A stretch of DNA of 64,000 nt from Amoebidium appalachense (Eukaryota; Protista; Ichthyosporea), in assembly GCA_963693365.1 (NCBI GenBank), contig CAVNZM010000006.1, forward strand, positions 8,249,355-8,313,354, written 5' to 3'. Positions 19,702-28,946 of the stretch are shown here, piece after piece. How positions within the stretch are numbered: the stretch's first letter is position 1; every line of letters begins with the position of its first letter. Made by a program: the position numbers and the translations under genes. The notes under the pieces are model-generated. The model was not told the DNA's origin, did no database searches, and saw nothing but the letters and a program-made list of their open reading frames with translations.

Positions 19702-19798
19702 GGATAATAGTTGTGGGCGCAGGGGTGTTCTTGTTTGTTGGGGGGTGGGGGGGGAGGTCCCAGAGCTGGTTGTGTTCTATTTATTGGGGCCTGCACAT

Positions 19799-20551
19799 AT
19801 GAACTGGCCGGTGGAAAAGAGGGTGCTGTCCAACCCGGGGGACCTGCAAGCCTTTGTCGACGACCCAACGTGGTTTCATCCCGCCCAGCCGGGCATTGCG
19901 GGTGGGGTCCAGACCCGAGCACTGGGTGTAGTCCGCATCGTCTACCCGCAGCCGCCCGAGCCCACGGACGAATTCGGCAACATTCGCAGGGGCAGAATGT
20001 CGGTGCTGACTGCCCCACTCAGGTTTGTGTGCAAGCACACGCACTTCATCGATGCCTGGTATGACCCTCCACGCGTGATGGATGATGGCCGCGCGACGGG
20101 CTTCTGGGAGTTTGCAATTGATGCGGGGCATGACTGGGTCGATGACAGGCGGCTCATGGTCACGTACAGCGCTGCACTGAATGCCTTTCAGTGGATGATG
20201 GTCTTTGACCTGGATATCCAGCCGCCGGATTGGGCAGATATCATGCCCTCCTACACGGAGACCCCCACCTTGATCTTCGAGCGCCCGCTCCCCGGTGCCC
20301 CCACACTCGCACAAACAGCGGCCTCTGGGCTCATTCGAAACCAGGCCGCCGTCGTGCCTGCCCCGCCCTACACGCGCGACCGCCTCTGGATCCACAGGAA
20401 CTTATGGCGCGGGCTGGCGCACGTGCTGCCCGATGAGGCCATCGAGGCCGTGCTGGGCTTCGGCAACACGCTCTACGGGCTGCTCGGCACCACCCCCGGC
20501 GGCAGTGCGTACATGGGCACCACCGAGTGGCCCATCGACTACGGCGACTGA
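19799..20551 (+). CDS. Hypothetical protein (250 aa)
   Basis: ATG at 19799 after an AT tract; coding-like GC3; Trp/Pro-rich. Confidence 0.65.
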   Translation: MNWPVEKRVLSNPGDLQAFVDDPTWFHPAQPGIAGGVQTRALGVVRIVYPQPPEPTDEFGNIRRGRMSVLTAPLRFVCKHTHFIDAWYDPPRVMDDGRATGFWEFAIDAGHDWVDDRRLMVTYSAALNAFQWMMVFDLDIQPPDWADIMPSYTETPTLIFERPLPGAPTLAQTAASGLIRNQAAVVPAPPYTRDRLWIHRNLWRGLAHVLPDEAIEAVLGFGNTLYGLLGTTPGGSAYMGTTEWPIDYGD

Positions 20552-20701
20552 GGCCCTGCGCGGGGGCTGGTGGTACCACCACCAGGGTGGCCGGGGGGTG
20601 TAGGGGGGGGGGGGGGGGGGGGCCGGGGGGAGGGGTGACCTTTTTATGGTTCGCTGTTCTCACTTTATTGATGCTGGTTGGTGTGCCTCGGCCACTATAC
20701 G

Positions 20702-21642
20702 CTACACAACGTGCTTCGCCAGGAAGCTCACAGGGTACAGCTTGACCGTGCGCACGTCCCCGTTGACCACCATCTGCGTCGTCTCGGGCTCGCACCCCAT
20801 CTCGTCACGCCAGGCCTTGCTGACCATGCGGCCGAGCGCAGAGACGGACTTGCACTTGATGCCACGGTCGACCACGAACTTCCCTACCGTGACATAGTCG
20901 GAGAGGGTGGTGCCTTCGATGGCTCGCAGACCCTGGTTGGGGAGCAGCATGTTGGAGACCGAGTCGTTGACGAGCTGACGCATGCGCGGATCACGGTCGA
21001 GCCCCAGGCGCTCAAGCAGCGCCTCGTACTGGACGAGGTTGTCCATAGCCATCTTCTGGTTCTCCCTCTCGAGACGCGTGATCTCCGCCTCCTCCCGGCG
21101 CAGACGCAGCCTCCGCTCCTCCTCCAGCTCCTCGCGGCGGCGCTTGCGGTCAGGGGTCTCGTCCGTGCCGTTGCGGAAGAACTCGCGCTCCTCGGGGGTG
21201 CTGTTGTCAAAGCGGGCCTCGATCTCCTCGATGAGAAGCAAATCGCCAGAGAGGAGGCGAGCCATGTACTGGGCAGAAGTCTTACGGAAATCATGAGCGC
21301 GCTTGCCAGGGAGCAGGTAGATGATCTCGAGGAGGGTGCGGAAGGGGGCAACCGGGGTCACATTTCCCTTTCCGTTTATCTTCAGGTCTACAACACCCTG
21401 CAAAACCTCGGTTCTAAACCCGTTACCACCAGTAACGGGTTAACGGGTTCACCCGGAGACTTCCGCATGTCAAACCACGCCTTCCTGGCAGTGGTGGAAC
21501 TGCCCACGACCAATTCAATCACATCGAGGACGCTCGCCATCTTGCTGGCTTTGTCGACGCGGACCGTTGCATCCTTGAACTGGGGGAACTCCTTCCACAG
21601 AAGCGACATGTCCACCTTTGAGTTGCTCTGTCCGGTAGCCAT
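20702..21642 (-). pseudogene. Bro-N/KilA-like family copy 3, frameshifted by an 8-bp duplication
   Basis: ORFs 21388..21642 and 20702..21403 join into one paralog of copy 1 when one AACGGGTT copy (21434-21449) is removed. Confidence 0.8.
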
Positions 21643-21753
21643 GCTGTGTCAGACTGACCCCAGGTGGCCGTGTGTGCTCCTTTTATACCTGCGCGTGGCA
21701 CCCTCAGTCGTGCTGAGGATAGGTTGGTGCTTACCCATTGAAATGTCTTGGGG

Positions 21754-22940
21754 CTACTGTGCTTGCTCCTGGCTGGCTTTCTTGAACACGCTGATGACGA
21801 GGTCCCTTGTCAAGTCGTCCTCCATGTGCTCCCTCGCCATCTCCAGCATGGAAGCAGCAAAAGTCACAAAGTCCACACGGAACAGCTCGCGCTCGACGTT
21901 CTTGTGTTTGAGTGCCGTGTGCAGGCACTTCTCTGCAAGCGCCAGCTGCTCGGACGGCACGGGAAGCGCAAAGAGCAGGCGCTTGTTGGGCCCCACATGC
22001 CACGTACCGGCCTGCTTCATGCGGCCCTTCACGTCCTTCAGGCTCTGGCCGATCTTCAGACAGGGCGGGTCGCCATACTCGGACACAAACACGTAGATAC
22101 CGGACTGCTGCTTGGTGCACACGTGGTTGGTGACCCGGCGCAGCTCATCACTGGCATCCTCGAATTCCGATGGAATGTGGTCCTGCTTGAGATTGTCTGT
22201 GGTCTGAAGTTCCAGAAGCCGACACTGCACCTCGAGTTTCAGGCGCTCCTCCCGGATCACACTTGCCCGCTTGTCACACAGAGCGCCTTCCTCGCGCATC
22301 ATCATGATCTCCGTGTACTGAGCAGATTCGGCGATGCGCGCCTCCTTGTACAGACTCAGTGCAGTTTCCATCTCGGCCTGGTTGGTCATGAACTGGGTGA
22401 TGTCTCCGAGCTTCAGTCTCTTGGGCTCCCTCTCGGGGGTGCCGGCCGCACCCATTTCCCCCCTCACACTGTCGCGCATGAAAGCGTTGGGCCCTGACGG
22501 GTTGGCCGCTGCCGCGGCACGGTTGCGCTCGATGTCCTCCACCAAGAGTTTCGTCTCCACCTTCCAGGCGCGCTATGTCTTGGGCCCACTTGTCGATGAT
22601 CGCGGAACCATAGCGTGAGCTAGATGCAATCTTGAAGGTCAGCTTGACCAATGAGGTTGCAGGAACACCAGGAGATGGTTTTCCCCCATTTCCAAAGTGG
22701 CAATCGGTCATTTTGAGCCGATTGCTTGAGGGATGGGTCTTCGAAGATACGCCGTAGATATCGACCGGCTGCGTCTCTATCCAAACCGCGGACAAGCATG
22801 GTATAGTCCACAAGACTCGCCATCTTCACACCACCAACCTGACACACTCGAATGACATGGTTGCCTATGCAAATTGTGTCGCCTTTTTTAGCGGCGACCT
22901 CGTTTCCGGTCAAGACAAGATCGGTGTGTTCGAGATCCAT
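21754..22940 (-). pseudogene. Divergent Bro-N/KilA-like N-domain, coiled coil and T5orf172/GIY-YIG-like domain; two frameshifts (copy 4)
   Basis: MASLVDY..., GNGGKPSP...ARLEGGDETL, then GIYVF...LKIGQS...AEKCLH...ERELF; frame changes near 22725 and 22543; own TATA box at ~22980-22989. Confidence 0.7.
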
Positions 22941-22989
22941 GCTTTGCGAGACTGAGGTATTGTGGTGTGTGTTGGGTCCTTTTATACCT

Positions 22990-23393
22990 TCTGTTTGACT
23001 TCCAGGACTGGAATTTACTTCGTTGGACATCAGGCACTTGATAAAATTGATACTGCTCATGCGAACATGGTGCGCGCGCTTGCCGGGAAGAAGTAAGACG
23101 ATCTCGATGAGGGTGCGGAAGGGGGCAACGGGATCTGTCTCCAGACCCTTGCCGTTGATTTTCAGACCGTAAGCCGCGCTTATGGTTTCACTTACGGATG
23201 GATCAGAGCTGTCTCTGAGAGATTTCCATGCCATGCGGGCTGCTTCACGGTTCTTCCGAGCACAAGAGCGATGACATCCAAAACACTTGCATTCTTGGTT
23301 TTGTTGTCAATTCGCACAGTGGTGCCCTTGAACTGGGGGAACTCCTTCCAAAGAAACGACATGTCGTCTTTTGTTGTTCTGCTCGCCAGCCAT
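22990..23393 (-). pseudogene. Bro-N/KilA-like family copy 5, frameshifted/truncated; runs in frame into copy 4
   Basis: MAGEQN / MSFLWKEFPQFKG...ASVLDVI / INGKG...LLPGKRAH, with frame breaks near 23370 and 23250. Confidence 0.7.
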
Positions 23394-23555
23394 GCTGTGT
23401 CAGATAGACTGACCCCAGGTGGCCGTGTGTGCTCCTTTTATACCTGCGCGTGGCACCCTCAGTCGTGCTGAGGATAGGTTGGTGAGCATACTTGACTTGA
23501 AAGAACTTGTGGGATCGCCAAATCTCAAAAGCTTTTGATTTCTTCTTCGTACTGC

Positions 23556-24665
23556 GGCCCTGCGCGGGGCGTGGGGGGCTGGGAGGGGCTGGGAGGGGCT
23601 GGGGGTGGCTGGGGGTGCCTCGTCTGCCTCGCATGCCTCGCATGCCTCGCGCGCAGAACGGCTGTGTGCGCCGTGTGCGATGTGCGTGTGCCCGTGTGCC
23701 TCGCACGCCTCGCGTGCCTCGCGCCCCCCCGCCACTCCCGGGGGGGCGTGGTGTGCCCGTGTGCCTCGCCTGCCTCGCGCCGGGTGTGTTCGTGCTTCCT
23801 TTATTGTTCCTCGTGTGCCCCCCACAGCCCCCCACAGCCACCCCCAGCCACCCGCGCCCCCGGGGAGGTGTCACGCCATCAACGCCCGGACTTCCGAGCC
23901 TCTGGCGTAGCGGCGGGTGCCGTGTGCACGGGTGGGGGGGCACTGTGGGGCCCAACTGGAAACAGCCCGTACAGGATGTCCTCCTCGCACGTCACCATGA
24001 TCTCGTGCTTGTCCATGATCCTCATGGCGTGCGCGATGGTTTCGGCGGGCACGGGCGGGCCGTGGTTGAACAGGTGCACGCGCATCTCCTTGTCGGGGTG
24101 GAAGTGGTGGTTCGCCAGCACGTTCGCCATGGCGGTCTTCCAGTCGGCCAGCTGCTCGACCTGGACGATCTGGTGGTCCGTCAGCACGTCGATGCGCCCG
24201 ACCTTGGTGAGCGTGTCCTCGACGCCTTCCAGCCGGTCGGCCAGCTCGTATACGACCATGTTCCGTGCAAACTCAAGCTCGGTGTCCGTCATCACATACC
24301 GCACACATAAAATTCGCGTGCCGCCCCAACCGGGTTACCCATTGACAATCACACATCGCACTTTCGACCTTGTGTGTGCGCCCGACAATGTTGCGGCGCG
24401 TGGGGGGCTGGGGGTGGCTGGGGGTGGCTGGGCGGGGCTGGGGGTGGCTGGGGGCGCGGGTGCCTCGCGTGCCTCGCATGCCTCGCGCGCGACAGTGTGG
24501 GGCGCCCGGTGGTGGCCGGGGCGCGGCGCGGGGCGCGCGGCGGGGGCCAGGCGGCCCCCGCCACCCCCGCCACCCGGGCCCCGGGGGAGGGGGCCCCCCG
24601 CATGCCGTGCCCGCATGCCTCGCATGCCTCGTGTGCCTCGCGTGCCTCGCCCGCCTCGCGGGGTG
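23556..24665. repeat. GC-rich direct repeats flanking the 23879-24292 gene
   Basis: Blocks of (GGGGCTGGG/GGGGTGGCTG)n followed by (GCCTCGCAT/GT)n 9-mers at ~23570-23780, ~24395-24490 and ~24600-24660. Confidence 0.8.
23879..24292 (-). CDS. Catalytically altered PD-(D/E)XK nuclease paralog
   Basis: GRIDVLTD..IVQVEQ..WK.A...RVHLF aligns with 24704-25372, but ExK is replaced by QxE. Confidence 0.75.
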   Translation of the reverse strand: MTDTELEFARNMVVYELADRLEGVEDTLTKVGRIDVLTDHQIVQVEQLADWKTAMANVLANHHFHPDKEMRVHLFNHGPPVPAETIAHAMRIMDKHEIMVTCEEDILYGLFPVGPHSAPPPVHTAPAATPEARKSGR

Positions 24666-24703
24666 GGGTGTGTGTGCGTTTGTGTGTTTCTTCTCGGACA
24701 ACT

Positions 24704-25372
24704 CTAATTTGCCATGATCTTGCTATACACTATCTTGTGGGCACGGGTGTGTCTGCCAGGTTTCCCTATAGAGACACGCTCTCCTGCGGGAACAAACGAC
24801 GACCCGCCCAAAACCCGTGTCAGCACCGTTCCCAGTCTCTTGATCCCCACCTCGCAATCGTCCAACATATTTATATCAGCCCATTGTCGCATGCAACCGG
24901 CCATCCCCGATGTCGTAACCCAGGTCCCATTCTCGATACCAAAGCTGTGTGTTCCGCGTGCGCCTGTCGCTATGTCCTTTAGAAAGTGTATTTCGTTCGA
25001 CTCCTGTGCCCTCTCCGTTGGTTTTGTCCGGGTTGTGCAGATGTCCCCGTGACACCCCCAAATTAGCCGCAGAGTGTCGGGCTCCACCGTCACAAATACC
25101 CCAAGAGATTCTAAGGTCTCAACGGCAACCCTATAAACCTCGATGGATGCGTAACCAAACAGGTGCACACGAGCCTGTCGACCAGGGTAGAAGCGTTGGT
25201 ACGCCTGCACCTGTCCAAGCGCCGCCTTCCACTGCGCCACACGCTTGACCTCGATGACCTGCGTGTCCGTGAGTATGTCGATTCGGCCGGCTGGCGTGAC
25301 CACTTCGCACTTCCCCCCCTCAATCCTGGCTAACCGATCTCTGACCGACGCTTCATCATACGATGCCATCAT
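24704..25372 (-). CDS. PD-(D/E)XK nuclease fused to a copy of the helicase C-terminal domain
   Basis: EVVTPAGRIDILTDTQVIEVK...WKAALGQ..AY; last ~95 aa align with the C-terminus of 25819-27876. Confidence 0.85.
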   Translation of the reverse strand: MMASYDEASVRDRLARIEGGKCEVVTPAGRIDILTDTQVIEVKRVAQWKAALGQVQAYQRFYPGRQARVHLFGYASIEVYRVAVETLESLGVFVTVEPDTLRLIWGCHGDICTTRTKPTERAQESNEIHFLKDIATGARGTHSFGIENGTWVTTSGMAGCMRQWADINMLDDCEVGIKRLGTVLTRVLGGSSFVPAGERVSIGKPGRHTRAHKIVYSKIMAN

Positions 25373-25439
25373 AATAGGGTACCAAAAAAAACACGACTCA
25401 TTTTTATATTATAAGCCAGTCCGGGTGTTATGAATCCGA

Positions 25440-25810
25440 TATAACACCAATCACAACAAAACCACCGACACACCACCAACCTACCCAAGTTACCACCAAC
25501 CTACCAACAGTAATCGCGATTTCGATTAGTAGAATTAGACCCAAACGTCGATTTCACTTATAAATAGTAGGTTGGGTAGGTTCAGTGGGTTGTTTTGGGG
25601 TTGAGTCGAGCTGGGGCAAAAACAAACGAACACCAACGATGTGTGTTTGGGGGGACCCCTCCGAGAACCTACCCAACCTACCGAAGTTACCAAAACCCCC
25701 AACAACCAATGAAATACGCCCGTTAAACCAAGAAACCAATCGGATGGCTTTGTTAAAACGTTTGCGCAAAACCCAAGCTACCACCAAGTGGCCGAAGTTA
25801 CTGAAAGGAA
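25440..25810. promoter_or_regulatory. Non-coding iteron/inverted-repeat region, candidate replication origin
   Basis: AACCTACC units at ~25478 and ~25498; 17-bp perfect inverted repeat GTAGGTTGGGTAGGTTC (25567-25583) / GAACCTACCCAACCTAC (25665-25681); AAGTTAC x3. Confidence 0.45.
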
Positions 25811-25818
25811 GCTGGCGA

Positions 25819-27876
25819 TCACTTATGCGAAAGTATCTTCGAGAACGAAACTCGATAAGCACGCGATGTCTTTGACACTGCCCCCACTGCCACCGATTCG
25901 CGTAGCGGTACATGCAGCGCCTCTCCAAACACCTGTGTCAGCGTCGATCCCAACCTCTTGATGCCCACCACCCGCCGACTGTCGAGCATGTTGGCGTCCG
26001 CCCACATTCGCATCCGTTCAGCCATGCCAGTGGCTGTTACCCAGCACCCATCCGCGATTCCGAAGTCTTGTGTTCCGTCAGCTCCTTGGGCGATGTCCCT
26101 CAGAAATTGTATTTCTAGCGGCAGACTCTTCTCCATGAGCTGTTGCTTGAGCTTAGTATGGGGGGGCGGCGGCATTGTCTTAGGGACATCGGGAAGGTCC
26201 AGGAAGAAGTGGAACAGAGCCTCCAGCACCTCCGGTTGCCGGTGAAATCTGACGAACTCGTCGAAGTACCGGAGCTGACCCACCCGAGAGCCGTTTGCCT
26301 CGAGACATATGAATCTCCGATCGGATAGCTCCACACGAACGGGCCAATCTTCGTTTGACAGAAAGACGTAGCGCTCGAAGTTTTTGGTGTAGATGCCATC
26401 CACACCCTTCTTCTCCAAAAGGCTGTCTTCTTGTGTGATCAGACTTTTGATAAGGTTGTTGGCCTCGTGGCACCCACCAAAGACACACTCGTCGATAACA
26501 GCTAGTAGTTTGTGGTTGAGGTGGGAGTTGAACTTGCTGGATATGTGTTCCTTGTTCTTCACGTAAGCGTAGTATTCCGAGCCTACCAGCGCCTTGAGTA
26601 CGTCGAAGAACACATTTTTCCCGGTTCCCTGGACTGACTTGACGAGTACCGCCGTCCCAGACTTGGTGTCGGGGTGCTGGAAAATCTGGGCAACCCACTT
26701 GAGAAGGTATTCAAATACCTCGGCGTTTCCATCGGCAAGCACCTCGAATGCGTGGCGTATGAACATCTCGATCCCGCCATATTCCCGTACACGGTACTTC
26801 TCGAGGAGCTCATCCGGCATGACCACAACCTTCTGGCCAGGATGGTAGGGGGTCATCGGGCATTCTGGGCCCATGTAACGGAATCCCTCAGTGTACTTGA
26901 TGGGGAAGCCGCGAAAGAAGTTATATGTGAACAGGGCTCCTTGGCGGTACTTGGGGTTTATCTCTCCTGTCTTGGGATTGGGCGACGCGGGGTCGAAGAC
27001 TGCTTGCCCATAACGAGGAACGTGGCGTCCCATAAGGAAATCAATGCCGGTGTACGTCCGCTTGATTTCACCACCCTCACCCTCCATCCACTCAACCACG
27101 AAACCCTGCATGGTGCATTTCATGTCCTTCTCGGTCAACGTCTTGAGTGTGTACACGCCCTTGTCATGGCACCACACCTTCAAGAGGTAGAGGGATGTGC
27201 CGTTGATTTTTCCCACCCACTTCTGCAGGTACTCGACGAGCTCAGCTTCCTTCCAGGTGGTTGGTAGCAGGTCCGGCATGAACTCGTATCCACCCGGAGG
27301 GTCGGTCGACTCTTGCTCAAGAACGCGGATCACCTCCTCGATGAGAGTCTGCCGCTTCCGGTCCTTGTTTGCAACCACGGCGGGGGCGGCTGCTGTACTA
27401 GGTGCTGTGCCGAATGTGGTCGTATGGGGCCCCTGGGTCCAACGCGTCGCGGTCGTCCAGTCGAGAATCGGGTTCATTACTACCCTGTTGGCCAAAGGAA
27501 ATTTCTCCTTGGCCCATGACTTGAGCGCAGCTCTGTTAGGCCCGGGAGCTGGGTGGCGGGTGTTGCACTCGTAGTGTGCGGTCTTGTGGCGCTTGGACTG
27601 ACGGGTGGTTATTTCGGCATAAACCAGTCCAAACTGTCGCTTGAGGGAATTGTGGAGGTCGTTGTGATCGAAGGGCTCATTGTCCACCGTAACTTCCCGG
27701 GACCCCTGTGGTGCAAAGACTGCGAGGTACCAGTCAGGACAGGCACTGCGGCGCGAGAGCCCTTGGTTTGCCTGCTTGGGTTGATCTGCACCCTCGCAGC
27801 AAACCTCGTATTCGGTCTTCTCCGTATCCTTGCCGTCGCACCGGGCAGTGTTCATGTTTGAGCGAATGACATCCAT
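25819..27876 (-). CDS. D5-like superfamily 3 helicase (DUF5906-type) with no recognisable primase domain
   Basis: Walker A VQGTGKN, Walker B VIDE, motif C FLSNE, arginine finger DRRF; upstream FDP / YNFFRGF and HAFEVLA...YLLKWVA motifs. Confidence 0.9.
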   Translation of the reverse strand: MDVIRSNMNTARCDGKDTEKTEYEVCCEGADQPKQANQGLSRRSACPDWYLAVFAPQGSREVTVDNEPFDHNDLHNSLKRQFGLVYAEITTRQSKRHKTAHYECNTRHPAPGPNRAALKSWAKEKFPLANRVVMNPILDWTTATRWTQGPHTTTFGTAPSTAAAPAVVANKDRKRQTLIEEVIRVLEQESTDPPGGYEFMPDLLPTTWKEAELVEYLQKWVGKINGTSLYLLKVWCHDKGVYTLKTLTEKDMKCTMQGFVVEWMEGEGGEIKRTYTGIDFLMGRHVPRYGQAVFDPASPNPKTGEINPKYRQGALFTYNFFRGFPIKYTEGFRYMGPECPMTPYHPGQKVVVMPDELLEKYRVREYGGIEMFIRHAFEVLADGNAEVFEYLLKWVAQIFQHPDTKSGTAVLVKSVQGTGKNVFFDVLKALVGSEYYAYVKNKEHISSKFNSHLNHKLLAVIDECVFGGCHEANNLIKSLITQEDSLLEKKGVDGIYTKNFERYVFLSNEDWPVRVELSDRRFICLEANGSRVGQLRYFDEFVRFHRQPEVLEALFHFFLDLPDVPKTMPPPPHTKLKQQLMEKSLPLEIQFLRDIAQGADGTQDFGIADGCWVTATGMAERMRMWADANMLDSRRVVGIKRLGSTLTQVFGEALHVPLRESVAVGAVSKTSRAYRVSFSKILSHK

Positions 27877-27931
27877 TGTGGTAGTGAAGGGGATAGATAA
27901 TATTTGACGGTCTGAGGTCTGGCAAGCGCTT

Positions 27932-28387
27932 TTATACCTTCGGGCTGGGCACAAGACTGGGGTGTTCAGTCTCGACGTGCCTGTTCAGGGTTGTAGACCA
28001 GGCAAATGCAGCCTGGCACTGGTCGAAGGGGCATGTAAAACGCCCGCTTGCGCGCCGGGGCCGTCTCGGCAGCTGACACCCTTCATGAGCTGTTCGTCGG
28101 TGAACCCACAAACCCGCAGGATAGACGTAAGTGGCTGGACAGTCTGGGCATTGATAGGGTCGGCTGCCAGAGTGTGTGCGCTGGTGCAGTTTCATGTGGT
28201 CGCTGCGGGCAAAGCTTGCAAAGCAGCCGGGTTGTGGACAGGCATATGCGCCGGTGCTATTATTCTTGTGGGTATTTTCGTGTCTTTTTAGATTTGCCTT
28301 GAATGTGAACATTGCTGAACACAGTGTGCAAGCGTGGCGCTTCGGGTTAGGGGGTGTCTCTATGGTTGGCGTGTATTGGAGGTCCAT
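27932..28387 (-). CDS. Intronless four-finger C2H2 zinc-finger protein
   Basis: Four CxxC/CxxxxC...HxxxH fingers, linker HSGSRPY, helix RSDHMKLH; TATATAA at ~28425-28431. Confidence 0.88.
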   Translation of the reverse strand: MDLQYTPTIETPPNPKRHACTLCSAMFTFKANLKRHENTHKNNSTGAYACPQPGCFASFARSDHMKLHQRTHSGSRPYQCPDCPATYVYPAGLWVHRRTAHEGCQLPRRPRRASGRFTCPFDQCQAAFAWSTTLNRHVETEHPSLVPSPKV

Positions 28388-28477
28388 TACTGCTAAGTGG
28401 CAAGAAAAGAAACATGATAACGCTTTATATAACCCCTGGTCTTCTTCGTCGGCCACTGATTTTTTCTGTGACCTACA

Positions 28478-28650
28478 ATGATGGCCACCTACGACGAGGC
28501 GTTTGTCAGCGACAAATTGGCACGGATTGAAGGTGGGAAACGCGAAGTGGTGACCCCCGCGGGCCGCATCGACCTGCTCACAGACACGGACATCATCGAG
28601 GTCAAGCGCGCACCACAGTGGAAGGCCGCTATGGGACAGGTGCTGGCGGC
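28478..28650 (+). pseudogene. Third PD-(D/E)XK nuclease copy, truncated after GQVLA
   Basis: First 57 aa are highly similar to 24704-25372; unrelated G-rich sequence follows abruptly. Confidence 0.8.
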
Positions 28651-28946
28651 CGAGAGGGGGAGGCGAAAGGGGGTGGGGGACGAGAGGACGCGCTGCGAAG
28701 GGAGCGGGGGCGCGAGGAGAGGAGGGGGGGGCGCCGGGCGCCGGACGAGGACGAGCACGCAGGTCACGAGGTCCAGGCGCGCGGGAAGAGGCGCGGAACG
28801 GCCGCACAGCCACACTACCCCGACCGCCAACCGAGTATCCACTGTTCGACATGCGCCGGCAGACGGTACAGGATTGCGCAAACCATCACGTCGCCACATC
28901 ACGCTACAACGAAGAGGACACGTGCAGTGATTTGGGGGGACGAGCG

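Noticed and set aside
353-28650. Classification as Polinton/adintovirus, virophage or bacterial prophage
   Set aside because: The MCP is NCLDV-type, there is no pPolB or rve integrase in the viral part, and the context and promoters are eukaryotic.
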